From Sedimentisphaerales bacterium (GTDB lineage Bacteria; Planctomycetota; Phycisphaerae; Sedimentisphaerales; SM23-30), in assembly GCA_963663805.2 (NCBI GenBank), contig CAXXMR010000019.1:96001-160000 (forward strand): a DNA stretch of 64,000 nucleotides, written 5' to 3'. The position numbers and the translations under genes are program-made. The notes under the pieces are model-generated. The model saw only the letters and a program-made list of their open reading frames with translations, ran no database searches and was not told the DNA's origin. Positions 10,841 through 21,900 of the stretch are shown here, one piece after another (position 1 is the first letter of the stretch; the number at the start of each line of letters is the position of its first letter).

Positions 10841-11755
10841 CTAAGTTTGACTCGTATGTTCCGGAACGTTTTCTGTATGTTGACGCCGCCAGTTTTTTTG
10901 ATAATGCCACGCCCACTGAAACGCACCGCTGAACGCGAAAGTCATACTTCCGATAGCAAGTGTCAGCTGAAGTTTCCAGATTAGCAGCAACATTATAATT
11001 ACCGAAGCAACGATGGAACCGAAAGGTTTACGACCGCGTACGTATTGGTTGGCGATGTGCGGGTAACGTATACGACTGACCATAAGCAGACCCATGCCTA
11101 CCGTGATAAACGGCAGGATATATGTAATTACGTCGGCGAAAAACGTAGCGATTTTTGATGCACCGCTGTCGCGAAGTTCTGGCACGAGGTCGCCGTGGAG
11201 CAATACCAGTGAAGCCAGTACCGCCGCTGCCGCGGGCGAGGGCAGGCCTTGGAAGGTCAGGTGGGCGGATTCTTCGTGGTCGTCATTTTCGACGTTGAAT
11301 CGTGCCAATCGAAGAGCGGCACAGCAGACGTACAATACCGACCCGAGCCAGAGTAGTCGGCCCGGCAACGAACCAAAAACAGGGGACACTGGACCAATGT
11401 TCTGTAAACTGCTTTCGACAACCCGAAGCGACAGAAAAGCAGGAGCCACCCCAAAGGAAACAATATCAGCCAGCGAATCCAACTGCCCGCCAAAACTGCT
11501 GGTATTGCGGGACAGACGAGCGATTCTGCCGTCGAGCGCATCAGCGACCATACCCAGGAAAATCATATAGGCAGCAGCGGCGAAAAAGGTCAGTTCGGGT
11601 TTTTGCAGCCACAATCTTTCGGGGTCATTCATGCCGCGGGCGGTGAAATGGATAGCCGCGAACCCGGCGATCAAATTAAGCAGTGTCACCATCGAAGGCA
11701 AAACCGCGATTGTCAAGCGCCGCCGGCGTTTGCGTCTGTGATTTTTTGAACTCAT
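10841..11755 (-). CDS. pssA: CDP-diacylglycerol--serine O-phosphatidyltransferase
   Basis: CDP-alcohol phosphotransferase motif DALDGRIAR..FGGQLDSLADIVSFGVAPA, plus LRLARFN and FQGLPSP; adjacent to psd. Confidence 0.93.
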   Translation of the reverse strand: MSSKNHRRKRRRRLTIAVLPSMVTLLNLIAGFAAIHFTARGMNDPERLWLQKPELTFFAAAAYMIFLGMVADALDGRIARLSRNTSSFGGQLDSLADIVSFGVAPAFLSLRVVESSLQNIGPVSPVFGSLPGRLLWLGSVLYVCCAALRLARFNVENDDHEESAHLTFQGLPSPAAAAVLASLVLLHGDLVPELRDSGASKIATFFADVITYILPFITVGMGLLMVSRIRYPHIANQYVRGRKPFGSIVASVIIMLLLIWKLQLTLAIGSMTFAFSGAFQWAWHYQKNWRRQHTENVPEHTSQT

Positions 11756-11783
11756 AGGTTTGTCCTGTTCCCCGAAACATTTT

Positions 11784-12461
11784 TTACTTTTTACACTGGG
11801 CCATTACGGTCAGGCCAGCTCGGACGGTGTCGCCCACTTTTATGAATACTTCGGTGTTGACCTCGGCTGGGACGAACAACTCGGTGCGCGAGCCAAATTT
11901 GATCATACCATATTTTTCGCCGGAGGTCACCTTGTCGCCGACCTCTACGCCGCAGACGATGCGGCGGGCGATGGCTCCGGTGATTTGCTTGACCATGATT
12001 TTTCCTGCGGGGTGTTCGGGGCATTCCATGCCGAGGCAGTTAGCGGTGTTTTGGGCCGAGGCCGCTTCCGATCGTAGTGCGTTAAGGCATTTGCCCGGAT
12101 GGTACTGCACATATTTAACTTGACCCGCACAGGGGGCACGGTTGATGTGGACATCTAATACGCTCAGGAATATGCCGATACGCAAGGCGGGGCCTTTGAT
12201 GAATTCGGCTTCCTCGACCTGGCAAATGTCGGTTATTTTACCGTCGGCAGGTGACAGCAGGCCGCCTTCCACGACGGGAGCGGTGCGTTTGGGGTCACGG
12301 AAGAAAAGTGCCGCTGCGACCATCAGGATTAGAATAACTATATGAATCCAGGGGAACGCGATTTTGGGCCAACCAGCAGCTAAAAGCAACAGGGCGACGG
12401 CGGCGATTATCGCGATAACAAGGAGTTCACGACGTCCGTAAGTTGTAAAAGGTAGAGTCAT
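11784..12461 (-). CDS. psd: phosphatidylserine decarboxylase proenzyme
   Basis: FFRDP, SPADG, IFLSVLDVHINRAP, GAIARRI and the KFGSRT autocleavage motif. Confidence 0.95.
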   Translation of the reverse strand: MTLPFTTYGRRELLVIAIIAAVALLLLAAGWPKIAFPWIHIVILILMVAAALFFRDPKRTAPVVEGGLLSPADGKITDICQVEEAEFIKGPALRIGIFLSVLDVHINRAPCAGQVKYVQYHPGKCLNALRSEAASAQNTANCLGMECPEHPAGKIMVKQITGAIARRIVCGVEVGDKVTSGEKYGMIKFGSRTELFVPAEVNTEVFIKVGDTVRAGLTVMAQCKK

Positions 12462-12628
12462 AAGCAAAATTTTCCGGGTTTCCGTTGCAAAATCAACTAT
12501 CTTGGCCTATTATCGCGCCCTTGTCGGATGCAATCAAGCGCCGTCTGACAATATTATCCCGATGGATGTAGTTGGGGCCGGTGAGATTAGTAAAGTCGCC
12601 CGGCCTTATGGACCGATAACTAACTTAG

Positions 12629-13948
<1,320 letters not shown>

Positions 13949-13967
13949 TTAAACAGAAAGTAAGTTA

Positions 13968-14471
13968 ATGACTCAGGGCACCCCTGACAGCACAGGCAGT
14001 ACCACCCAGATTTCTCTGCGGTATTTCTGCTTTGTGCTGTTAGCGGGTGCTGGTCTTTTTGCCTTGGCGATAGCTTTTCTGGCGGGGCCTCTGAACACCT
14101 ATTACGCTGACCAGGCGGCTTTGAACGTTCAGCAAAAGCGGCTGGACAAACTCAACGAGCTGATTGAGCAGCAGAATGAGCTTATCGCTAATGCCAATGT
14201 CCCTTCCGTGCTGGAACGGGTGGCTATTACGAACCTGAACTATCAGCCTGCCTCTGAGATTCCCGATGCCAAAAGGCCGCCCCTGCCCAGAGCCTGGCCT
14301 AATCTGGAAAACGCTCTAAAAAAACTTGAAGCGTCCGATTCTCAGCCGCCAAAGCCTTTAGAGAAATGGGCCGCTATCTTCGCCAAACGCCCTCAGACAT
14401 TGTTAATTCTAACTATTCTGGGTTCGGCACTACTGCTGACCAGCGTCACTTTTTTCTATCGTCAGAGTTAG
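13968..14471 (+). CDS. membrane protein with N-terminal TM plus coiled coil (FtsB/DivIC-like topology) and a second C-terminal TM
   Basis: TM helix, then a heptad QQKRLDKLNELIEQQNELI segment and LERVAITNLNY; directly downstream of eno. Confidence 0.55.
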   Translation: MTQGTPDSTGSTTQISLRYFCFVLLAGAGLFALAIAFLAGPLNTYYADQAALNVQQKRLDKLNELIEQQNELIANANVPSVLERVAITNLNYQPASEIPDAKRPPLPRAWPNLENALKKLEASDSQPPKPLEKWAAIFAKRPQTLLILTILGSALLLTSVTFFYRQS

Positions 14472-14503
14472 AGGCCTTGGGTTATTCGGTTCTCTAGCAA
14501 CAA

Positions 14504-16216
14504 TCAGGGTATATACAAGGTTTGGGTTGATGACGGGGCGACGGTGGTCTTGCTGGATTTGGAATCTTCCACACGCCAATATACGGTACTGTCGCCGTCG
14601 TCTTTTTTCTGAAGTTTCGAGATATATTTGTCGGTTAGTTCAGCCTGTGTCTGGCCCTTCTTGACCTTGAGGGTTACGAGGCTTTTCTTGTCGCTGAAAT
14701 CGCCGGTGGTTGAAAAAACAACCACAGGTTTTTGGGCCAGGGTTGGGGCCGTGAAGGAAAATACCAGTGATTCGCCCGCTACGGCGGTGGCTGAGTCTTC
14801 CGGAGTAAGGGCAGTCATTTCCAGCGGACTCCAGTAGAGGTCGTGGCCGGTTGATGATACATCTGATTTTTTGCTGCTGCCGACTACGCGCCAGGTTAGG
14901 TGCTGGTCGTCGTTATCTCTAACGAGAACCTTGAGCCAGTCTTTGGCGGAAACCTGGGTGGTGTTGTTTTTGGTGCGGATTTTGACGGCCACAACGTGGT
15001 CGTCGTCATTGAAGTCGCCGGTGAGGGCAAACTCCAGCTGGAGTTTTTCGGTGATGTCAGGCAGGGGCAGCCAGCGGAAAGTAAGCTCGGTAAGGTCGTC
15101 CGTGACAGCCGAATCTGCCGGAGCAAAAAGGGCAACCTGATCCACTTGGTCGGCTAAAGCCGCGAGAGTTGTCAGGACGCTTTCTTCTTTGTCGGCGATG
15201 TCGTCCAGCAGGGCCGGGATTTGCGACCAGTCGGTCTGGGAGTATTGCAAGATGTCGGCCCAGTTGGTGCATGACTGACGCCAGAGGACAGCCAGTTCGT
15301 CGAGTTCGAGATTTTCGAGATAGTCGGCGAAATAGGGTCGCTGATTGTCGAAGACGGGTCGCATGGTGCTGTCGAGTGCGTATTCGGGATTTTCGCCGTC
15401 ACGGAGAGCGGCGGCCAGGGCGCGAATAGCGTCAGGACCGATGGTTTCTTTGGGGGTGCCGACCAGGGCATCCAAAGCTAGCCACGCCAGCGTCCAGGAG
15501 TCATCGGCCAGTGAGGGGGTGTCGGTAATGTGTATCATTATATATGGCGGAGCGGGATTTTGGGGGTTCAGATTGGGGGTCAATCTCCAGCCAGTGAGAA
15601 AATCCTGCCAAGCCAGTGCGATGTTTTCTTTGGTGCCGGCCTCGCCGTTGTCGGTGTAGTAAATGTAATCGGTGTCGTAACCGTGAACAACGACACGGTG
15701 GTCAGCGTGGGGGTAAATGTTATCCAGATAGTACATGTCAACGTGAACCTGAACCGGCAGGCCCGAAGCGATGAGGGTTTTGAGTTCGGTAATCGCTTCC
15801 TGTTCGGATTGGAAAATGGTCAATGTTTCGGCAACTTCGGATTCCGCGAGAGGGTCGCAGTCACTGTCGCCATATCCGACGTGAAGACCTACTCCGCAAA
15901 GTCGCGACATATCAACTAAAGGTCCGGCCTGAAGCCAGCGGGGGTGACTGTAAATGCGGTCGCCGCTGATGCCGGACATCCAGGCGGCCTGGGTCATGTC
16001 GCTGGAGCGAACCGCTAACTGATATGAGGGCAGGTTAGGCTCGTCAATGAAATAGGCCAGCAGGTTGCCAAAACTGGCGACGTGACACATCCCCTGTTCC
16101 CAACCGATATTATGCACACCTTCGATATAATATGAGTCGGGCAGTTGGGCTGATAAGCTAGCGGTGAAAGAGAGAAAAAGGATTAAAGCAAGTTTGAGAG
16201 ATGATGGTTTAGTCAT
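14504..16216 (-). CDS. secreted BtrH/C39-like cysteine peptidase-fold protein with two C-terminal beta-rich repeats
   Basis: Signal peptide; GMCHVAS, GLPVQVHVDMYYL and HRVVVHGYD..YYTD (Cys/His/Asp); duplicated P.D....L.F..TGDF.D...WRV unit. Confidence 0.6.
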   Translation of the reverse strand: MTKPSSLKLALILFLSFTASLSAQLPDSYYIEGVHNIGWEQGMCHVASFGNLLAYFIDEPNLPSYQLAVRSSDMTQAAWMSGISGDRIYSHPRWLQAGPLVDMSRLCGVGLHVGYGDSDCDPLAESEVAETLTIFQSEQEAITELKTLIASGLPVQVHVDMYYLDNIYPHADHRVVVHGYDTDYIYYTDNGEAGTKENIALAWQDFLTGWRLTPNLNPQNPAPPYIMIHITDTPSLADDSWTLAWLALDALVGTPKETIGPDAIRALAAALRDGENPEYALDSTMRPVFDNQRPYFADYLENLELDELAVLWRQSCTNWADILQYSQTDWSQIPALLDDIADKEESVLTTLAALADQVDQVALFAPADSAVTDDLTELTFRWLPLPDITEKLQLEFALTGDFNDDDHVVAVKIRTKNNTTQVSAKDWLKVLVRDNDDQHLTWRVVGSSKKSDVSSTGHDLYWSPLEMTALTPEDSATAVAGESLVFSFTAPTLAQKPVVVFSTTGDFSDKKSLVTLKVKKGQTQAELTDKYISKLQKKDDGDSTVYWRVEDSKSSKTTVAPSSTQTLYIP

Positions 16217-16349
16217 AATATATTTTCCTTTCACATGAGAGTTGTTAGGAACCTGTATATACTCCTGACGTGATGCACAGAGTAATAAACCGGGCGCAGA
16301 CTAACTCTCAGAGGAGGTTTTGGCAAGTTAATTTCTCGCTAACGCCCAT

Positions 16350-16376
16350 AAAAAACCCCACGGCAAGCGCGGGGTC
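16350..16376 (-). terminator. rho-independent terminator of rhaA
   Basis: Minus strand ACCCCGCG-CTTGC-CGTGGGGT followed by a T run. Confidence 0.7.
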
Positions 16377-16406
16377 GATAGTGTTGATAGAAAAAGTTCA
16401 GTTTTC

Positions 16407-17669
16407 TCAGCGTTTACTGAGTACCTGACTTTCATAGTTTTTGATTTCGGTAATAAGTTCAGGCCCGGTGGGGATATTATTCTTGTGACAGTAATAATCC
16501 CAGACACTGCCGAATGGTAAGGTGCGACCTTGCTCCTGAAGGGCCAGCCGGGTGAAGCCGTCATTGTTTCTTTCGGCTTCGAGCAATTGTTTGTAAGGCT
16601 GCAAGAAGGCCAAGAGCAGGCATTTGAGCATGGCTTGAGTGCCGACCACCCACGCGCCGATACGGTTGATACTGGCGTCAAAGAAGTCCAGGCCGATATG
16701 AATATTGTCGAGACGATTCGAGCGGATGATTTCTTCGGCGAGAATTTTTATTTCGTCGCTCATAATAACCACGTGGTCGCTGTCCCAGCGGACGGGGCGG
16801 CTGACGTGCAGCAAAACTTCATCACAGAAAAGCAGGGTGCTGGAAAGTTTATCCGCGACAAGTTCGGTAGGATGGAAATGGCCGGTGTCGAGACAGACCA
16901 TAAGGTCATTTTTGAGGGCATAGCCCATATAAAATTCGTGGCTGCCGACGACAAAAGACTCCGAGCCGATACCGAAAAGTTTTGATTCGACGGCATCTTT
17001 CATATGGCCTTTATCGTGACGGGTTTGATAGATGGTGTCGAGTGATTGTTTGAGGAACTGCCGCAGGCCCATGCGGTCCACGGGCACATCTTTAGTGCCG
17101 TCGGGAATCCAGAGATTATGGACGGCGGGGCTGTAGAGTTGTTTGCCCATTTCGGCGGCGATTTTTCGGGCTCGGCTGACGTGCTCGATCCAGAAATCGC
17201 GGATGGCGGCGTTGGGGCTGCTGAGTGTCAGGCCGTCGTCGGCTTTGGGGTGGGAAAAACAGGTGGCGTTGAAATCGAGTTTGAAATTCTGAGCCTTTGC
17301 CCAGTCGATCCAGCCTTGATAGTGGGCGGGTTCGATCTGGTCGCGGTCGATTTTTTTGCCCTGAAATTCACCGTAAATCGCATGGAGGTTGAGGCGATGA
17401 TGGCCGGGGATTAAGGATGCGGCCTTTTCCAGGTCGGTGCGTAACTGTTGATGGGATGTGGCTTTACCGGGATAGTTGCCAGTGACCTGAATGCCGCCGC
17501 CGGCGAGTTCGGAATCGGGCGTTTCAAAACCGCCGACGTCGTCGCCCTGCCAGCAGTGGATGGAAATGGCGATTTTTTCGAGCTGTTCCAGAGCGGCGGC
17601 AGGGTCGATGCCATATTGGGCGTAAACGTCCTGCGCGGCCTGATAGGCCTTTTCAATGGAATTAGTCAT
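16407..17669 (-). CDS. rhaA: L-rhamnose isomerase
   Basis: SIHCWQGDDVGGFE, TGNYPGKA, AVESKLFGIGSES, LDTGHFHPTE, HVSRPVRWDSDH, DFFDASINR. Confidence 0.97.
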   Translation of the reverse strand: MTNSIEKAYQAAQDVYAQYGIDPAAALEQLEKIAISIHCWQGDDVGGFETPDSELAGGGIQVTGNYPGKATSHQQLRTDLEKAASLIPGHHRLNLHAIYGEFQGKKIDRDQIEPAHYQGWIDWAKAQNFKLDFNATCFSHPKADDGLTLSSPNAAIRDFWIEHVSRARKIAAEMGKQLYSPAVHNLWIPDGTKDVPVDRMGLRQFLKQSLDTIYQTRHDKGHMKDAVESKLFGIGSESFVVGSHEFYMGYALKNDLMVCLDTGHFHPTELVADKLSSTLLFCDEVLLHVSRPVRWDSDHVVIMSDEIKILAEEIIRSNRLDNIHIGLDFFDASINRIGAWVVGTQAMLKCLLLAFLQPYKQLLEAERNNDGFTRLALQEQGRTLPFGSVWDYYCHKNNIPTGPELITEIKNYESQVLSKR

Positions 17670-17985
17670 TTTTGTACTCCTACTTCAATGATTAACTAAT
17701 TTGCAATTCGTAATGATGATGGAATTGAGGGGCATTTTCAAGAGGGTTTTTGGACCGTTTTTTTAGGTTTTTTGGGATTTTCGGAGCGTTTTTTTTAGAT
17801 TTTTTCTTGTTTTTTACGTTTTTGGCGAAAGGGAACTATACTATATTACCTTTTTTTGGTGATTTCTGGCGAAAAAGTGCCATATAGTACAGTTTTTGTG
17901 AAGATACCTTGAAGGCAACTGCAACGGTATTTTTGTTGGCCGAGATGGGCGGGATTTTCGCAAAATGTTTTTTTGGAAAAAAAAT

Positions 17986-18033
17986 TTGACGGGGTGGTTG
18001 TTTGGTGGTATATTGTATATATATAAACAATAT
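17986..18033 (+). promoter_or_regulatory. marR promoter with an overlapping palindromic operator
   Basis: TTGACG (17986), 17 bp spacer, TATATT (18009). Inverted repeat ATATTGT-N10-ACAATAT (18010-18033) covers the -10 and start site. Confidence 0.65.
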
Positions 18034-18056
18034 GGATATTAACAAGGTGGTTTTTT

Positions 18057-18521
18057 ATGTCGCTGGATGTTGAGTTGGGATTGCGGGGCGAGATACGTCC
18101 TTTGGGGCGGGAGGCTTTGATGAATGTTTATTATACTGCCTTGTGTATTCGGAAGCGGGCGGAGGATTTACTTCGGCCTATGGGTCTTAGTGATGTTCAG
18201 TTGAATGTGCTTTTGATGCTGGCGGAGCAGGGTGGTGAGGATGGTTTGAGTCAGTCGCGGATAAGTGAGATGCTGCTGGTGAACCGGGCGAATGTTACTA
18301 GTCTGGTTGATAGAATGGAGCGGGATGGGCTGGTTGAGCGGCGAAAGGCGTCTGACCGTCGGGTTAAGATGGTTTGTCTGACGGAGCTGGGCAGGGGGGT
18401 TCTGGAGCGGGTTCGGCCTGTTTATATGCGTGAAATCAGCGAATCGGCGACGCTGGATGAGGATGAACAGCGGGAGTTGATACGGTTGTTGGAGAAGGTT
18501 CGGGCGGGAATCAGACATTAG
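18057..18521 (+). CDS. MarR family transcriptional regulator
   Basis: LSDVQLNVL, SQSRIS..VNRANVTSLVDRMERDGLVER..DRRVKMVCLTELG. Confidence 0.93.
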   Translation: MSLDVELGLRGEIRPLGREALMNVYYTALCIRKRAEDLLRPMGLSDVQLNVLLMLAEQGGEDGLSQSRISEMLLVNRANVTSLVDRMERDGLVERRKASDRRVKMVCLTELGRGVLERVRPVYMREISESATLDEDEQRELIRLLEKVRAGIRH

Positions 18522-18760
18522 GAAGAAGGCATGAGGCAAGAGGCAGTAGTGAACGGCGTGGTTTCGGCCTTTGGCCGAGGGTTTTTATTTTAACGTCAAC
18601 GGCAAGGTGCCTGCCTTCGGCAGGGGTTGTTTTTATTTTCAAACAAGAAAAGAAGAGATTTGCCCCCTTTTTTGTCCTTTTTTTTGTTTTAAGAAGGCAA
18701 GAGGGATGAAGCAAGAGGCAGTAGTGAACGGCGAGGGGCGGCCTTTTGGCGGCAGGAGTC
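18522..18760 (+). repeat. two copies of an AAGGCA(A/T)GAGGCA-GTAGTGAACGGCG element with GGCC hairpins
   Basis: GCAAGAGGCAGTAGTGAACGGCG occurs near 18536 and 18711; it is related to AGGCAAGAGGCAAGAGTGAAGG..GGCCTCCGGCC near 35588 and 53930. Confidence 0.7.
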
Positions 18761-18935
18761 GTCGTATTTACAGGTGTGTAAGTTATTGCTATAAATAGGT
18801 TTTTGTTTTATTTAGTTTGTTGATGTTGAATAAAATGATATTGAGGATATAATATCGGGATTGCTGTTTCAGGGCATTTGGCCCGTGGAGGTTCAGCTAT
18901 TTTCTGGATATTGTCGCGAAAGGAAATGTTCAGCT

Positions 18936-21900
18936 ATGACCAGAATAGATGGTAGCGAGTTATTGCGTTCGGCAGGGTTTGAGGGTTTGGGGCTGGAGCT
19001 GCCGGGTGAAGGCGTACTTCATTTGGGTATTGATATTGGTTCGGTTAGCTGCAAGCTGGCTTTGCTGGACGATAATTTTCGGGTTCATTACGCTTGTTAT
19101 CAGCGCACCCAGGGTCGGCCTTTGGTTACGGCCCAGAAACTTTTGGGTGCTTTGTTTAATGAAATACCGGCGGACCGGATAGGTACGATAGTAGGGACGG
19201 GCAGCGCGGGTCGTTCGCTGTGTGAGCTGCTGGGCATTGATTTTGTCAATGAGCTGATATGTCAGGCGGCGGCGATACGTCATTTGCATCCAGAGGTGCG
19301 GACTTTGATTGAGATGGGCGGTCAGGACAGCAAGGTTGTTTTTCTGAGTGACCCATCGGAGCCGGGTGACGATACGCGTGATATGGTTGACTTCAGTGTC
19401 AATACGAACTGCGCGGCGGGGACGGGTAGTTTTCTGGACCAGCAGGCATCTCGGCTGGGTGTTAGTATCGAAGGTGAGTTTGGCGATTTGGCTTTGCAGA
19501 GTGAGGTTCCGCCGCGGGTGGCGGGTCGTTGCAGTGTGTTCGCTAAAAGTGATATGATACATTTGCAGCAGGTTGCTACGCCGGTGCATGATATTGTGGC
19601 GGGTTTGTGTCTGGGGCTGGCCCGGAATTTGAAGAGCAGTCTGTGTCAGGGCAAGGAAGTTATTCGGCCCATAGGTTTTTGCGGCGGGGTGGCAAGTAAC
19701 GCGGGGGTTATCCGGGCGTTGGAAGAAGTGTTTGAGTTGGGTCAGGGCGGTTTGATTGTTCCTCGGCAGCACGCGGTGACGGGTGCTATCGGTGCGGTAT
19801 TGATACAATTGAAGCAGGGTGCGGGTCAGGGCAGTATGCAGGAGCCACGGGTGCTGATGTCGCGGCTGGACGATTTTCTGGGTGAGGACCACGCGGTTGG
19901 CTATCGTTTGAAACCTCTGGGGCGTCCCTCTATTGATGCACCGGCGAGTAAGGTGCATGACGATGTAGTTGCGAAGGCCCGTGCGAGGGGGGTAAAGATT
20001 CCGGCGTATTTGGGTATTGATGTAGGTTCGATAAGTACGAACGTGGTGGTTATGGACGCTGAGCAGCAGGTTTTGAGCAAGGCGTATCTGATGACGGCGA
20101 GTCGTCCTTTGGAAGCGGTGCGTCAGGGGTTGGATATGGTGGGTAAGGAAGTTGCGGACGTGGTGGAGATTGTGGGTGCGGCGACGACGGGTTCGGGTCG
20201 GTATCTGACGGGTGATTTTGTGGGTGCTGATTTGGTAATCAATGAGATTACGGCGCAGGCGAACGGGGCGGCGATTGTTGATTCGGAAGTTGATACGATA
20301 TTTGAAATTGGGGGGCAGGACAGCAAATATATTTCGCTGGACCATGGGGTGGTAGTTGATTTTGAGATGAATCATGCTTGTGCGGCGGGGACGGGCAGTT
20401 TTATTGAGGAGCAGGCGGAGCGGCTTGATATTAGTATCAAAGGTGAGTTTGCGGCGGAGGCGTTCAAGTCTGATGCTCCGATTCGGCTGGGCGAGCGTTG
20501 CACGGTGTTTATGGAATCTGATTTGCTGAGTTATCAGCAGCAGGGTGCGGAGCGGCCTGATTTGGTGGCGGGTCTTTCGTATTCGATTGTGACTAATTAT
20601 CTGAACCGGGTGGTGGCTCATCGCAAGATAGGTCGGAAGATTTTCTTCCAGGGTGGTACGGCGTTTAACCGGGCGGTGGTGGCGGCATTTGAGACGGTGA
20701 CGGGCAAGCCGATTGTGGTGCCGGACCATCATGAGGTTACGGGTGCTTTGGGTGCGGCGGAGCTGGCGCGTCGGCACATGGTGGCTTTGCGGGAGGGGAA
20801 TGGTCACGGGCTGGAAAGCAAATTCAGAGGTTTTGATTTATCGCAGCTTGAATATGAGATTCGCTCGTTTGAATGTGAGAAGTGTTCGAACAACTGCGAG
20901 ATAAAAGAAGTTAAGATGCCGGGCAGCGATCCGCTGTTTTATGGTTCGCGTTGTGATATTTATAATGTGAAGAAGGACGATAAGAAGGGAGCGGATTTAC
21001 CGGACCTGTTCCGGGAGCGTCAGGAGCTGCTGGAGAGTTTTGGCGGTTTGCGGGGCGGGGAAAAACAAGGGTCATTTAAAAAAGGCAAGACGGTAGGGAT
21101 ACCGATGTGTTTGAGTAACTATCAGTTTTTGCCTTTGTGGAGCACGTTTTTTCAGAAGCTGGGTTATGAGGTTGTGTCTTCGGGTCGGTCGAGCAAGAAG
21201 GTTATTCGGGAGGGGGTGGAAGCGGTTTTGTCGCAGATGTGTTTCCCGATTAAGGTGGCTCATGGTCATGTTCTGGAGCTGGTTCATAAGGAGGTTGATT
21301 TTATCTGGCTGCCGAGCATTGTTTCGATGGCGGCGGATTTCAAGGAGAACAAGCATAATCAGCTTTGTCCTTATGTGCAGACGATACCTTATCAGATTCG
21401 GGTGGCTTTGGCGGCCAAGGGAATTGAGTTGAAGGGTGAACGCAATCATTTGCTGGATATTCATGTGCGGTTCCAGGAAGGGGAGAAGGTTTTATTGCGG
21501 ACGCTGTGCGCTCTGGTTGACAAGCTGGGGGTTAGCAAAGCCGAGATCAAGTCGGCGTTGGCAAGTGGTCTGGCGGCCCAGAAGGGTTTTGAGGATGCTT
21601 GTCGGGCGCGGGGGCGTGAAGTGCTGGATAATCTGGGTACGGGTAAGAAGGCATGCGTACTGGTGTCCCGGCCTTACAACGGTTGTGATCCGGGAATCAG
21701 TCTGGATTTGCCGCGCAAGCTGCGGAAGATGGATGTTTTGGCGTTGCCGATGGATTTTCTGGATTTTCGTGAGGCTAATATTACGGAGCCGGAGTTGCAG
21801 GAGTTAATGTACTGGAAGTATGGTCAGCGGATAATGCGGGCGGCCCATATTATTCGGGACGATGCGCGGTTGTACGCGATTTATGTGAGCAATTTCAGTT

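Noticed and set aside
18960..20807. 615-aa antisense ORF (likewise 36308-38032, 12752-13768, 55251-56294, 22476-23378)
   Set aside because: Shadow ORFs opposite well-supported genes, produced by strong codon bias; no recognisable motifs.
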